From positions 134,624 to 198,623 of the forward strand of contig JBOEGD010000027.1 of assembly GCA_050633245.1 (NCBI GenBank): 64,000 nt of DNA, read 5' to 3'. Below the pieces are notes generated by a model. It saw only the letters and a program-made list of their open reading frames with translations, had not been told where the DNA came from and did no database searches. Every line of letters begins with the position of its first letter. The first letter of the stretch is position 1. Shown here piece after piece: positions 18,969-29,917 of the stretch. The stretch is from Calditrichia bacterium. Its GTDB lineage: Bacteria; Calditrichota; Calditrichia; RBG-13-44-9; J075. A program made the translations under genes and the position numbers.

Positions 18969-20156
18969 TTATCCAGTGATATCGCGGAGAAATGTTACGA
19001 GTTTGTCAACATGTGTCGCGGGATCAAAAAACTTCCGGCATTTTTCCCTACCGCTACGCCCCATATCTAACACGTCGGTCTGATTGCGCACCGCATATTC
19101 CAGTGCTTCAGCAATTGCCGGAACGTCATCAGGCTCCACCAACAGCGCATCTTCGCCATTTTTCAGATAGCGCGAAACATCTCCAACTTGTGAGGCAATT
19201 ACCGGATTTCCGGTAGCTAAATATTCCCCCAGTTTGAATGGAAAGCCGGCATTGGCAAAATCACTACCAACCCGCGTCATGCAAAGAATATCGGCTTCAT
19301 CAAGAAAGCGATAAAAGGCATCATCATCCAGATAACCGATAAAATTAATTTGCTTCTCCCCTTCTACTTTCTGACGATATGTGTCGGCATTTTGTCCTTT
19401 GCCGGTTAAATACAACTGTGCTTCAGGGATGGCTTCACGCTTGTGTTTAAAGGCATCGATCAAATTACCTACGCCATCCTTATTATTGAATGAACCGGAA
19501 TAAACAATCTTTATCGGATCACCAAAGCTTTCTTTTTGCTTCTTTTTACGTATCTGCGCGGCAATTGGTAGCAATAAAATCGGGAATGCATCTCCAAGCA
19601 TTTTTCGGTAGCGATCCATAAGATAATGGGAAATAACAACCAAACCATCTGCCAGTCGCCCCAAATGAGTATCGAGCCACCCAAGCGACTTTACTTTGAT
19701 ACGTCCCAGTAAATGTCGCCGCTCGCTGGCATCTTCAAGCTCTTCCACTATATCAAAAACTATCTTGAAACCAAGTCGCTTTGCGTAGAGAAGAAACGGC
19801 AGGTTTTCAACTGTTGGTCCGCCGTAATAATATAAAATATTTGATAAATCCTGATTTAATCGGCTCTTTAGGAACGTCATTCCCTTTTTCAAATATGCGG
19901 GTGTCTGCAACAGCCCCCTAAAATCGGGACGTATATCATGACCTGTTGTTTGATACTCAACGCCATTGTAGATACCGTCTGGTTTGGCAACCGACTTAAC
20001 TCCGCCCTGCCGTAGCAAGAGCAGGGAAACCGGGATTTCCCTGCCATGGAGAGAATTTACGATGTGTTGAATTCGCTTAGTTCCTGCCATACCATGTGGC
20101 CAGGGAAAGTTCCCCATAACAATAACGTTACAGGGTGGCTGTGAGACCTCAGACAT
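18969..20156 (-). CDS. GT4 glycosyltransferase
   Basis: YSGSF..KDG, GFPFKLGEYLATGNPVI; start moved to ATG 20156 just past the upstream stop. Confidence 0.9.
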   Translation of the reverse strand: MSEVSQPPCNVIVMGNFPWPHGMAGTKRIQHIVNSLHGREIPVSLLLLRQGGVKSVAKPDGIYNGVEYQTTGHDIRPDFRGLLQTPAYLKKGMTFLKSRLNQDLSNILYYYGGPTVENLPFLLYAKRLGFKIVFDIVEELEDASERRHLLGRIKVKSLGWLDTHLGRLADGLVVISHYLMDRYRKMLGDAFPILLLPIAAQIRKKKQKESFGDPIKIVYSGSFNNKDGVGNLIDAFKHKREAIPEAQLYLTGKGQNADTYRQKVEGEKQINFIGYLDDDAFYRFLDEADILCMTRVGSDFANAGFPFKLGEYLATGNPVIASQVGDVSRYLKNGEDALLVEPDDVPAIAEALEYAVRNQTDVLDMGRSGREKCRKFFDPATHVDKLVTFLRDITG

Positions 20157-20158
20157 GC

Positions 20159-21850
20159 TTACTTCTCCAACACATAATTGCCAAGCACCAGACAATCCAT
20201 ACCGTTATCATAGAAGCAACGTATGGCTTGGCGTGGATGATTAATAATTGGTTCACCCATAATATTCAGCGAGGTGTTCAGCACTAAATACTCTCCTGTA
20301 AGCTTGCCGAATTCGTTAATCAGGTTCCAATAGCGTTCATTGAATTCTTTTTTCACTGTTTGTGGTCTCAACGTACCGTCGGCATGAACAACTGCCGGTA
20401 CTTTACTGCGTCGCTCTTCGGGACAGGTAAAACTGGTTACCATAAAGAACTCATCGCGTGGGTTCGTCATGTAATCCTCTTTGCGCTCCCACTGCATCGA
20501 CGGGCAAAATGGACGGAAAGCTTCGCGAAACTTGACGCGTGCATTGATCGTGTCTTTATTTTCTGCCTTATTTGCACTCATCAGAATCGAACGATTTCCC
20601 AATGCGCGTGGCCCACTTTCCATACGCCCTTGAAACCATGCAACGATCTTGTCTTCAGCCAGCTTTTTGGCAGCATACTCGGCAACATTTTCCTCATAGC
20701 GATACGTCAGATGACGAAGTTTCAAGATATCTTCAATCTCCTCATTGCTATATTCAGGTCCCCAATAAAGATTATCCAGCGGATGAATCTCATCATTCGG
20801 ATTGTTTTCATAGTATACATGAAGCGCAGCACCTGCTGCCAATCCTGAGTCGCCGCAATTTGGATAGATATGCTGCTTTGTCACGTTACCAGATTCCCAA
20901 ATTCGCTGATTAAGCTTTACGTTCAGAAAAACGCCACCAGAGCAACTTAGATTGCGTGTATTTTCTTTTTCAAGCCACGGATAAACTAGCTGCGCAACCT
21001 GCTGTTCAAGCAAGCGCTGTGCTTCAGCTGCAATGTCTTCACGACCATGCTTGTTTATTAGATCACGAATTTCATACGCCTCATCAAAGTGCCACTGAAT
21101 AGCGCCACCTTCATTCCAGAAATTGGGACTGTCGTAAGGATAGGGCTCGGCAAGCTTACCGTTAAGAAACTTCGGAGTAAACTTATCGAGAACACCGGTT
21201 ACTTTAGCAGGGTCTCCATAAGGCGCCAACCCCATGGTCTTTCCCTCACCATCTCCATGCCACCAGCCGAGAGCCTCGGTTACATTACTGTAGAACCAAC
21301 CAAGTGAAGACGTGCGATCAAACTTTTCAATTGGCTCAATTTTTCCGTTCTCTCCACGCCAGAGACAGGTTGAAAAACCATCACCAGCACCATCAAGTGT
21401 AACAATTAATTGTTTTTCATTGCGATTGCCACTGGTATAATATGCTGACGCGGCATGAGCCAGATGATGATCTACATGAACTAATTCTGTATCATCGGTA
21501 ATCGGAAAGTTTTTAACATATATCGGGGGTTTTGCAGTAGAGCGCTTCATGAAACCTTGCACAATATCCAAAAGCTGCCGTTTTGTCGTTTTATTTTGTT
21601 CACGATCTCCTGCAAGCCCGAGCAAAAAGTTAAGGGATGGAATACTACCACTACTGGGCACTGCAACAGCATCTATCTGGTCCATTGTCAGATTCTGTGA
21701 AGATAAACAATATTCAATTGATTTTAGCGGCAGACCACAATAGTGCTTGGTTCTTGTAAAACGCTCCTCGGCAGCATCTGCAACAATTTTACCATTAATA
21801 ACCAGTGCTGCACTACTATCATGCCCGATATGTATTCCCAAAACTTTCAT
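20159..21850 (-). CDS. Carbamoyltransferase (NodU/CmcH family)
   Basis: HDSSAAL, EERF.R.KH, HHLAHA, EGKTMGLAPYG, GPRALGNRSI, KFREAFRPF, LNTSLN. Confidence 0.95.
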   Translation of the reverse strand: MKVLGIHIGHDSSAALVINGKIVADAAEERFTRTKHYCGLPLKSIEYCLSSQNLTMDQIDAVAVPSSGSIPSLNFLLGLAGDREQNKTTKRQLLDIVQGFMKRSTAKPPIYVKNFPITDDTELVHVDHHLAHAASAYYTSGNRNEKQLIVTLDGAGDGFSTCLWRGENGKIEPIEKFDRTSSLGWFYSNVTEALGWWHGDGEGKTMGLAPYGDPAKVTGVLDKFTPKFLNGKLAEPYPYDSPNFWNEGGAIQWHFDEAYEIRDLINKHGREDIAAEAQRLLEQQVAQLVYPWLEKENTRNLSCSGGVFLNVKLNQRIWESGNVTKQHIYPNCGDSGLAAGAALHVYYENNPNDEIHPLDNLYWGPEYSNEEIEDILKLRHLTYRYEENVAEYAAKKLAEDKIVAWFQGRMESGPRALGNRSILMSANKAENKDTINARVKFREAFRPFCPSMQWERKEDYMTNPRDEFFMVTSFTCPEERRSKVPAVVHADGTLRPQTVKKEFNERYWNLINEFGKLTGEYLVLNTSLNIMGEPIINHPRQAIRCFYDNGMDCLVLGNYVLEK

Positions 21851-21908
21851 CCACTACTCCTTTCAAAACACTTAAAACTATTACGATATTTTCATTGAAG
21901 AATTTTAT

Positions 21909-23099
21909 CTACTTTTTATCATCCAAAATCTTTTGATATGCTTTCATGAGTTTGGCACCAACTTTAGCGGGTTTGTGTCGCATATGGGCAATCTCTCGCG
22001 CGGCAAAACTTAATGCCTGCCTTTTTTCGGGGTTATCGAGAAGGCTTTTTAGAGCTTCTGTTAGCGAATCAACATTCGAAGGTTCAACGAGAAGCCCGGT
22101 CACATTATCTTCGATCATAGAAGGTACTCCACCAACGCTCGAAACAACGACGGGTAAACCGGAGACCATAGCTTCCGCAACCCCATTGGGACTATTTTCT
22201 GCAAAAGAAGGATATGCCAAAATCTGATGTCGCATATGTGCGGCGGCAATCTCTTTTTGAGAAAGGAATCCGGCAAAGCGAATTTTGCCGATTAAGCCCT
22301 GAGCGGCAGCAATTTCTTCAAGGTGAGCTTGATATTCTACGGAGACACCGCCAACAATAGTTAACGATAAGCCGGGAAACTGCGTCAGCAGCTGCCCGAG
22401 TGAAAGCAAAAGAATTTCGATGCCTTTACGCTTAATTACTGAACCGACGAAAAGAATGCTGTGTTCATTTTGAACCTGCCAACTCTCAGCAAAGAAGTCA
22501 GGGTGTATGGCATGGTGTATCTCAAAGATATGTGCCTTCTCGTTCAGTTCTTTAACGAAGCCGGTGTCAAGGTTTGTACGACAATCGAAGTATTTTGCTT
22601 TACTTACAACAAATCGCTCTGATTCTTTTACAGTTTTGGCGGCTCTGGAATGGGAATCTGCTGCAATCAAATTCATAACACCCTGTATGGTAATCAAGCA
22701 TGGGTAGTTAGAATGGTAAGCAGCAAGTGAGTATCCCCTCTCAGTTCCATAAGCATGAACTATATCAGGGTTCAGCCGCTTCACTTCTGCGACCAAACGC
22801 CTGACATTAAAACGGTGTGCGGTAAGAATTTCCAGATTGAAGTATGGGGGATAGCCTCGATTCGTAAAAGGGATTCCACTCTTGATGACATGGAACGTGA
22901 TGCCTCCCTTTCGAACGATGGTCGTTTTGTTTACAAGTGGACTCTCTGTAATAATATGTAAATCAATATCCGGATACAACGCGATCTCTTCAGAAAGCGT
23001 GACGATCCAGCTACATGAGTGTCCATCTAAATGCCGTGCCAGAGATAGTTCCGGCTCGAGCGTTGTCACGTTGTATGGGCTTAGCCAGGCAATTTTCAT
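21909..23099 (-). CDS. GT4 glycosyltransferase
   Basis: FVGS..RKG, ENSPNGVAEAMVSGLPVV. Confidence 0.92.
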   Translation of the reverse strand: MKIAWLSPYNVTTLEPELSLARHLDGHSCSWIVTLSEEIALYPDIDLHIITESPLVNKTTIVRKGGITFHVIKSGIPFTNRGYPPYFNLEILTAHRFNVRRLVAEVKRLNPDIVHAYGTERGYSLAAYHSNYPCLITIQGVMNLIAADSHSRAAKTVKESERFVVSKAKYFDCRTNLDTGFVKELNEKAHIFEIHHAIHPDFFAESWQVQNEHSILFVGSVIKRKGIEILLLSLGQLLTQFPGLSLTIVGGVSVEYQAHLEEIAAAQGLIGKIRFAGFLSQKEIAAAHMRHQILAYPSFAENSPNGVAEAMVSGLPVVVSSVGGVPSMIEDNVTGLLVEPSNVDSLTEALKSLLDNPEKRQALSFAAREIAHMRHKPAKVGAKLMKAYQKILDDKK

Positions 23100-24643
23100 A
23101 CAGCAATATTTCTTCTCAATGCTGTATCACGAGGCTTTGCTACCGCAGTTGACGGCAGATTCAACTGGAATGTTCGAATAACTGCTGAGGAAAGGCCCAG
23201 AAAGACCCAAACCAGCATCTGATAATTCATCATTCGTAAAATACTGATCTTAAACTGATCAGCCAAAAGAAGTATCCAAAACAGTGATAGCCCAATAATG
23301 AGAGGCATTAGGTAATGCTTTGTTTTTCTGTGGGATATCATAATTTTAATTAACCGGAGCAGTATGACTAGAATAATTCCTAGATAAGCGAATGCGCCTA
23401 CCCACCCATAAATAATCGGAAGTGCAAAATACAGGCTGTGGAAGTCAGAATAAATCGTCGATCTTCCGTTAAATAGTGCATTATAATTATTCAGAGGAAT
23501 TCCTGATCCATAGCCTACAAGCCAATTATCACTTGAAATACGTTGCATCCCCATTAAAAACAATGGGCCACGGTTAATAGCCTCACCGCTTGTTATATCT
23601 GTAACCGTAATACTTGAACGATCGGATATGGTTCTTTCAAGACGTGTTAAAGTCGATTCCAGACCGACTGACGTTCCAACAACAGATAAAAAGGTTAAGA
23701 TAATCAAAATGTAGCTAATGTATTTTCGTCTGGCATCAACAATCGCAATGGGAATGACAAGGAAAAATGTTGTGTAAACAATTCCGGTTAATATAACAAG
23801 CAAAAAAGCCGAGCGCGTTCCTGATAATAATACATTGAACAAGGCAAATAGCAACAACCAAAACACCAGCCCCTTCCTCAATTTTAGAAACTTTTGCGTC
23901 ATATTTGAAACAATTAGCGGGATCGCCAATGTAATCATTAACATTGAATATTCACCAAAAAGTTCAGAATGCCTCAAGCTACTGGTTGCTCGAATAGAGC
24001 CCGCACTGATCTGCCCCAAACCATCGGCTGAGTAAGACCCCAACAGTGGTGTATTTAAAGTAACTATTTCAAAACGCTGGTTCATAGCAACCACAAACAT
24101 AGTGATCATCATTGCGCATAAGGTATAGAGGAGTACTTTTACTCTCTCGGGCGTAATTACAACACGACTCATCAAGATATAGCATAGAAGCATTCCCAGA
24201 AAACTGAAGATACCTAAGAAATAAGGTGCTCCGGTCATTTCGTTTCGCAATATCCAGCCTACTAAATTGCTAATAACCAGCGCAAGTAAAAGAGAATTCA
24301 TTGTGAAATCGGAATTCCCCAACCTTTTTATCGGTTTTCCAGTGAAGTAATAGATGAGGATAAGACCAAATGCCAGGAGGTTCCACAGTCCGCCTTGACT
24401 TTCGGCATAAGCAAAATGACAGCAAATAAACACTATCAGAATAAAGCCAAAGACGTCCCGTTTATGACAGAGCACATAGAAGAGGATCAAAAACAATATA
24501 CCTCCGCCAACAGCTCCAACTATAGGGCTCGGCATGAATTCTCTTAGAAGAAAATGCCCGAAAATTAAGCATACAAAAGCAAATTTAAGCACATCCTGAA
24601 AGTTTTTAGATATCGCTTTATTAAAATATATAACACTAAACAT
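23096..24643 (-). CDS. O-antigen polymerase/ligase-like (Wzy/WaaL) membrane protein
   Basis: More than 10 TM helices, SGTRS, GYGSG, conserved His loop (DFHSLY). Confidence 0.75.
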   Translation of the reverse strand: MFSVIYFNKAISKNFQDVLKFAFVCLIFGHFLLREFMPSPIVGAVGGGILFLILFYVLCHKRDVFGFILIVFICCHFAYAESQGGLWNLLAFGLILIYYFTGKPIKRLGNSDFTMNSLLLALVISNLVGWILRNEMTGAPYFLGIFSFLGMLLCYILMSRVVITPERVKVLLYTLCAMMITMFVVAMNQRFEIVTLNTPLLGSYSADGLGQISAGSIRATSSLRHSELFGEYSMLMITLAIPLIVSNMTQKFLKLRKGLVFWLLLFALFNVLLSGTRSAFLLVILTGIVYTTFFLVIPIAIVDARRKYISYILIILTFLSVVGTSVGLESTLTRLERTISDRSSITVTDITSGEAINRGPLFLMGMQRISSDNWLVGYGSGIPLNNYNALFNGRSTIYSDFHSLYFALPIIYGWVGAFAYLGIILVILLRLIKIMISHRKTKHYLMPLIIGLSLFWILLLADQFKISILRMMNYQMLVWVFLGLSSAVIRTFQLNLPSTAVAKPRDTALRRNIAV

Positions 24644-24653
24644 AGGTAATTCT

Positions 24654-25847
24654 TTAGTTTAAAATTTTCTGAACAATACTGCTCCAATTTAACTCTTTTT
24701 CCACCAACTCGCGTCCGCGCTTCCCCATTGCAGAAGCTTCTTCCATATTTTCCAGCAACTGTCCCAGTTTCAAAGTAAGGTCATCTAAATCACCAGGCTG
24801 AATACGCAGTCCATTGCAGTATTTGGTACGGTGTTCATACCCATGAAAATCCGGTACAATAATGGGGATGCCAACAGCCGAAGCTTCAATAGTACTAATT
24901 GTGGCATGATCAACCCATATTGCAATATCTGATGCAGAGAAATAGTGGTGCAATTCTACCGGCGCCACCCAAGGCACAAAGTTTACCTGTTTTTCAAGGC
25001 TATGTGCTTTTATCAGATCAGTAAGCGTACTTTGGTAAGCAGGTTCACATTTCCCTATCAACAAAAGTTTCAGATCTCTTCTTCCGAGTCTTCCTATCGC
25101 TTCCAGTATAAGATGCGTCTTTTTATAAGGTGCCATTTTACCTGAATGAACGATAAGGATTTCATCTGGTAAAACCCCATATTCTTTGCGAATCTTTCTA
25201 CGACTTTCTGGCTTATGAAAGATGGTTTCCGAATCGACTCCGAGAGTGATTTCAGTCATCTTTTCTGCTGCACCGAAATAAAGCTTTTTTGCAACTTCCG
25301 AACTGTATTCATTCATACCAATTATCCTGGTTGCCGCTGCTAAACTCACTTTTTTACAAACTTTTGCAACAGCATCAAGGAAAGCGGCCTTTATGCCGGC
25401 AATTCCTGAAGCTCCCGCTCCCCGGGCATAAATATAATGTTCATTAACTACAACATAATAGCGATATCCAAGCCGATATTTTAATAGAGCAGTCTGTAGA
25501 GCAATTGGAAAGTTTTCCACACTTTGAAAGAACAGCAAATCGGGTTTCAGGTTCTTCAAAGCTGCTGATAACCCCGGCAACAATTCAATACCGCCATTTC
25601 GCCCCCAACAGTGACCTTCGAGACGTACCACAGTAAAACCATTTTCTTCCAATGTCCCGGCAGGTCGGTCGCCATGTTCATCATCGGCAGAAAGGATTTG
25701 CTGGTAGTTTCTCGGAATAACCCGGGTTGTAGTTACAATAGTCACACGATGTCCAAGAGATTGAAACTGCCTGGCAAAGGCATTTTCCATATATTCAAAA
25801 TCGGCGGAGAAGTAGCGACAAAAAAGAACAATATTCATAGGTCTCAA
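24654..25847 (-). CDS. GT4 glycosyltransferase
   Basis: GVDSE, HSGKM..K, IEASAVGIPII, C-terminal GRELVEKELNW. Confidence 0.88.
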   Translation of the reverse strand: MRPMNIVLFCRYFSADFEYMENAFARQFQSLGHRVTIVTTTRVIPRNYQQILSADDEHGDRPAGTLEENGFTVVRLEGHCWGRNGGIELLPGLSAALKNLKPDLLFFQSVENFPIALQTALLKYRLGYRYYVVVNEHYIYARGAGASGIAGIKAAFLDAVAKVCKKVSLAAATRIIGMNEYSSEVAKKLYFGAAEKMTEITLGVDSETIFHKPESRRKIRKEYGVLPDEILIVHSGKMAPYKKTHLILEAIGRLGRRDLKLLLIGKCEPAYQSTLTDLIKAHSLEKQVNFVPWVAPVELHHYFSASDIAIWVDHATISTIEASAVGIPIIVPDFHGYEHRTKYCNGLRIQPGDLDDLTLKLGQLLENMEEASAMGKRGRELVEKELNWSSIVQKILN

Positions 25848-25849
25848 AT

Positions 25850-26938
25850 CTATTGAAGAATGCTACATACATATTCGATTTGCGCATCAGTCAATTCGGC
25901 AAACATAGGCAAAGAAAGTATTTGTTCTGCCGCAGTAACGGCTACCGGGAAATCGGCCTCGGCACAACCCAGAAATTCATATGCAGGTAACATCGGCAAA
26001 GCTGTTGGGTAATGAATAGCGCTGGCCACCCCTTTTGCGTTCAATCGTTGCTGCACGGTTTCTCGATTATCGGTTTGTACCACAAATAAATGATATACAT
26101 GCCGACTATAAGCCGGCGCCTGCGGTAGCTGTAAAAACGTATCTTTTAACAGCCGCAGATACTTGGATGCCGCACGGCGACGTGCTTCCGTCCATTCTTC
26201 CAGGTAATCCAGCTTTACGTTCAAAATAGCAGCTTGCATCCCATCCAGACGACTATTACGGCCTTCAATCTGATGATGATGCTTTTGCAACTGTCCGTGG
26301 TTTCCTATAATCCGGCACTGCCTTGCAATCGCCTCATCATTGGTAACAAGACCACCAGCGTCTCCATAAGCGCCGAGATTTTTGCCGGGGTAAAAACTGA
26401 ATGATGCAGCGTGCCCGATTGTGCCAACCCGCTTTCCGCGATATTCGGCACCATGCGCTTGAGCGCAGTCTTCGATAACGATCAATCGGTGTTTGCCGGC
26501 TATTTCCATTATTTGATCCATATCCGCCGGAAGACCATAGAGATGAACCGGAATAATTGCTTTTGTATTTGCGGTTATCGCAGCAGAAATTTTTTCCGGA
26601 TCAATTGTATAGTAGATTGGATCGACATCGACAAATACCGGCTTGGCTCCTGCAGTGGAAACGACTTCCGAGGTAGATATCCATGAGTTTGCCGGCACGA
26701 TAACTTCATCTCCCGGGCCAATTCCATAAGCCCGTAGAAGGATTTCCATCGAATCTGTACCATTTGCACAGCCCACACAGTAGCGAACACCGATATAATC
26801 TGCGAACCGCTCTTCAAATTGTTTTACATACGGCCCCTTGATAAAGGCTGTTTGTGAAATGGTGTCGGCAATAGCCGCATCAATTTTCTCCTGAATGCTC
26901 AAGTACTGGGCATGCAGATCAACAAAAGGTACTCTCAT
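25850..26938 (-). CDS. DegT/DnrJ/EryC1/StrS sugar aminotransferase
   Basis: [36 protein letters not shown]. Confidence 0.95.
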   Translation of the reverse strand: MRVPFVDLHAQYLSIQEKIDAAIADTISQTAFIKGPYVKQFEERFADYIGVRYCVGCANGTDSMEILLRAYGIGPGDEVIVPANSWISTSEVVSTAGAKPVFVDVDPIYYTIDPEKISAAITANTKAIIPVHLYGLPADMDQIMEIAGKHRLIVIEDCAQAHGAEYRGKRVGTIGHAASFSFYPGKNLGAYGDAGGLVTNDEAIARQCRIIGNHGQLQKHHHQIEGRNSRLDGMQAAILNVKLDYLEEWTEARRRAASKYLRLLKDTFLQLPQAPAYSRHVYHLFVVQTDNRETVQQRLNAKGVASAIHYPTALPMLPAYEFLGCAEADFPVAVTAAEQILSLPMFAELTDAQIEYVCSILQ

Positions 26939-26947
26939 AGTATCCTA

Positions 26948-27487
26948 TTATAACTGTAAATTTTTTTTCCAGCGTTTCAGCAGGCGGTTTTCATCATTAT
27001 AAAACTGTTCCGCTGTAAAACGATAGTAGATGAATGTCTCATCTTCACCGCGTATTTCAGCGCCATATGTGGGATGAAATGCAACAACACGGTGATTTCC
27101 CTTTCTTACCTCAAAGTCGCTGCGCTCCAACTTCAGTGTTTCAAATCCCAAATAATACAACAACAACATAGATTCAATGGATGTTGTAAACGGTGATTCC
27201 CGAGCAATAATCCAGCGGCCCCAGTCGAAGACCTTTCCCTGAATATCATATAGCGCAACGATTCCAAGTGGCTTACCTTCAAGCGATTCGATGATCATAT
27301 GATAATCGCCTTCCGCATCCATTCGCCTGGTAATCCAGGCTCGCTGTTTCTCAACAGAGGGATCAGTCGTTTTCAAGAATCGCCCCAGTTCACTATCAAG
27401 CCTTAAAGAAAGCGCAAACTCAGCGTCGTTCGGAACAGCGGTGCGCAAGCGAATATGTTTACCGGTAATGGGTTTTTGAAGAATCAT
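26948..27487 (-). CDS. GNAT (RimJ/PseH-like) N-acyltransferase
   Basis: IRLR...DAEF...LR, FDWGRWI, VRKGN.RV..FH..YGA. Confidence 0.8.
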   Translation of the reverse strand: MILQKPITGKHIRLRTAVPNDAEFALSLRLDSELGRFLKTTDPSVEKQRAWITRRMDAEGDYHMIIESLEGKPLGIVALYDIQGKVFDWGRWIIARESPFTTSIESMLLLYYLGFETLKLERSDFEVRKGNHRVVAFHPTYGAEIRGEDETFIYYRFTAEQFYNDENRLLKRWKKNLQL

Positions 27488-27490
27488 CTG

Positions 27491-28834
27491 TTAATTTCTG
27501 TTTTTCTTAAATCGTGAAGTTACGTGTTGATCTTCCTGAACAATTTTAATCCGTAGCGGTATCTTATGAGGTTCCAGCAGTTCACGACAGTGTTTTTTTA
27601 TACGGCGGGGAAGCGTCTTTTCATCCGTTCCTTCTACGGCAGAAACGCGCGCGCACACAATATTGCCTATTATCGGGTTCGATTCTGAAAACACTGTAGC
27701 TTCCACAATATCATCCATTAAGCTTATGGCAGCCTCTACTTCTGCCGGATATACTTTATCTCCGCCAACATTTATGATGTCGCTTTCCCGGCCAAGAATC
27801 TTTACATAGTCTCCATCTGTTTCAACGGCATCCTGTGTATTAAACCAGCCATCTTCGGTAAATGGCGAAGGAGCATTCAGGTAACCAAGCATGGCTGATT
27901 CCGCCTTTATCTGCAGAATACCATCGACAATCCTGGTTTGGTAGCCCTCGCCACCGATCTTCATCCACAAAGAGTCGGAACTGCGCGATTTGGAACGCAG
28001 TGTTCCAACCTCTGTCGTGCCGTATTTCTGCAACATCGTAACTCCGGGAAAGAGTTCAGCACAGCGCTGTAGGGTGATAGCAGGCATTACTTCGGCACCA
28101 TATGTGATATATTTCAGCGACGAGAGATCGTAACGCAAATAACTTTGTCTCAGCAATAACATATTCAGGAACGTTGGAGAAACCGGCAGTACCTCAACCC
28201 GATGTTTGGCAATGAGTTCACAAACGGAATCAGGGGAGCGGTCTTCTATGGTAATAAGGCAGCTTCCGTTAGAAAGACTATAGAAAAGCGTATCGATACC
28301 ACCAATGTGATCAAAAAGCAAAAATGCCATGGTTCTGAGGTTATGACGCCGGGTTTGAAACTTTTGTAGTAATCTGCTGAAATCGTGTACCGCGGCTTTG
28401 CTTTTTCCGCTGGAACCTGAGGAAAACAGCACCAGTCCGGGATGCCCTGTCTTGCGTAATGTTTCGTAGTACGGGTGTTGTGCTTTTTCCTGTAAAGTGT
28501 GAAATTCATAATTTCCAGCACCTTCAATACGTAACAAGAAGCCACATTGTGCGATATTTCGCAGCTCTTCACGCTGGCTTTCAGGCATAACGGTCATCGG
28601 CACCGCAACGCACTCAGCTTGTATCAGTGCAATCATTGCGGCAGCTGCATCGGGAGAAAAGTCCGCTTCAAGAGCAACCACTGCACCGGGTAGCACCGCT
28701 TCTTCCAGCAAAAGAGCCGTCCAAAAATCGCAGCGATCCAATAGCCACTGATAACTATAGCTCTCACCCTGCCAAACCAGTGCGACGCTATCAGAATTTT
28801 CACGGAAAATATTCAGAAGAAAGTCGGCATGCAT
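27491..28834 (-). CDS. AMP-binding acyl-CoA/acyl-ACP synthetase
   Basis: LFSSGSSGKSK, YGTTE, GWFNTQD, GRESDIINVGGDKVYPAEVE. Confidence 0.92.
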   Translation of the reverse strand: MHADFLLNIFRENSDSVALVWQGESYSYQWLLDRCDFWTALLLEEAVLPGAVVALEADFSPDAAAAMIALIQAECVAVPMTVMPESQREELRNIAQCGFLLRIEGAGNYEFHTLQEKAQHPYYETLRKTGHPGLVLFSSGSSGKSKAAVHDFSRLLQKFQTRRHNLRTMAFLLFDHIGGIDTLFYSLSNGSCLITIEDRSPDSVCELIAKHRVEVLPVSPTFLNMLLLRQSYLRYDLSSLKYITYGAEVMPAITLQRCAELFPGVTMLQKYGTTEVGTLRSKSRSSDSLWMKIGGEGYQTRIVDGILQIKAESAMLGYLNAPSPFTEDGWFNTQDAVETDGDYVKILGRESDIINVGGDKVYPAEVEAAISLMDDIVEATVFSESNPIIGNIVCARVSAVEGTDEKTLPRRIKKHCRELLEPHKIPLRIKIVQEDQHVTSRFKKNRN

Positions 28835-28836
28835 GC

Positions 28837-29541
28837 CTATGCTACTCCTCCAAGATACAATACCTGAGCAGTGATAAAATCACTCTCGGGTCGAATAAAA
28901 AAATCGATAGCATTACTTACATCTCGTAGCTCACCATAGCGACGGATCGCCTGCCGGTTAATTAGGGCAGTCATTTTTTCCTGCGGCACGGAACGAATAA
29001 GATCCGTCGGTACCGGGGTTGGCCCAACAGCATTAACGGTGATATTATAATCGGCAAGTTCACGGGCAAAAATTTCGGTAAGCGATACAACTGCTGCTTT
29101 AGAGGCGGCATAAATGGCCTCCCCTTCCAGACGCAAGGGTGTTGCAACAGTGGCGAAGTTAACGATTCGCCCGTAGCGGACGCGCTGCATCAGACGAGCG
29201 GCTTCGCGACAGAAAAGGAATGTACCGACAACATTCGTATTCAAAATATTGGTAACAGTCTTTTTGGGGGTCAACAATAGATGGTTCATCGAGGCAATGC
29301 CGGCATTATTCAACAACACGTCCAGCCTGCCGTATCGCTTGCGCACGTCGCGCATCATTCTCCTCACCGCGTCTTCATCGGCAACATCCACACAATAATG
29401 ATAATAGTTTTCCAGCGCATAATCGACCTCACTTCGACTGCATCCAACTACATCGAAGCCTTTCTCGACGTAGTATTCCGCCAAATACTTACCAATGCCT
29501 TTTCGCGTGCCGGTAATAGCCATTACAGGACGTTCGTTCAT
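28837..29541 (-). CDS. FabG-like 3-oxoacyl-ACP reductase (SDR)
   Basis: TGTRKGIG, NNAG, YAASKA; ATG 29541 with GGAGG RBS, ATGA overlap with ACP stop. Confidence 0.9.
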   Translation of the reverse strand: MNERPVMAITGTRKGIGKYLAEYYVEKGFDVVGCSRSEVDYALENYYHYCVDVADEDAVRRMMRDVRKRYGRLDVLLNNAGIASMNHLLLTPKKTVTNILNTNVVGTFLFCREAARLMQRVRYGRIVNFATVATPLRLEGEAIYAASKAAVVSLTEIFARELADYNITVNAVGPTPVPTDLIRSVPQEKMTALINRQAIRRYGELRDVSNAIDFFIRPESDFITAQVLYLGGVA

Positions 29542-29843
29542 GCTTCCTCCGTCAACCGGGTGCAAATATAATCCGCAAGCGAATCGATGCTACGGAAGGG
29601 ACTATTGCGTAAAGACATCGCCTTTTCGTCCGCAAGGGTTATTGCAGCGTCAAATTGATCTTCAATTTTTTCTTCGGCGATAACTATCAGGTTAACAAGG
29701 GATAAAGAATCCAGTGAACTTCCTTCTCCATATAGCATGGTAGATGCTGTAGTGTCCAGCTTTTCATCTTCTTCACGCAACTCGTTCAGTTCAGTTACGG
29801 CTTCCATCACCAGGCTCAGCACCTTTTGTTTATCTACAGTCAT
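29538..29843 (-). CDS. Acyl carrier protein
   Basis: Small acidic protein with LDSLSLV phosphopantetheine Ser motif. Confidence 0.9.
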   Translation of the reverse strand: MTVDKQKVLSLVMEAVTELNELREEDEKLDTTASTMLYGEGSSLDSLSLVNLIVIAEEKIEDQFDAAITLADEKAMSLRNSPFRSIDSLADYICTRLTEEA

Positions 29844-29917
29844 TTTTGTCCTTGATTCGTTTTTTTACGGCACTGCCCTGAAAGCCCGCCGTGGTTCAAC
29901 AAGGTCTTATTTCTTAA

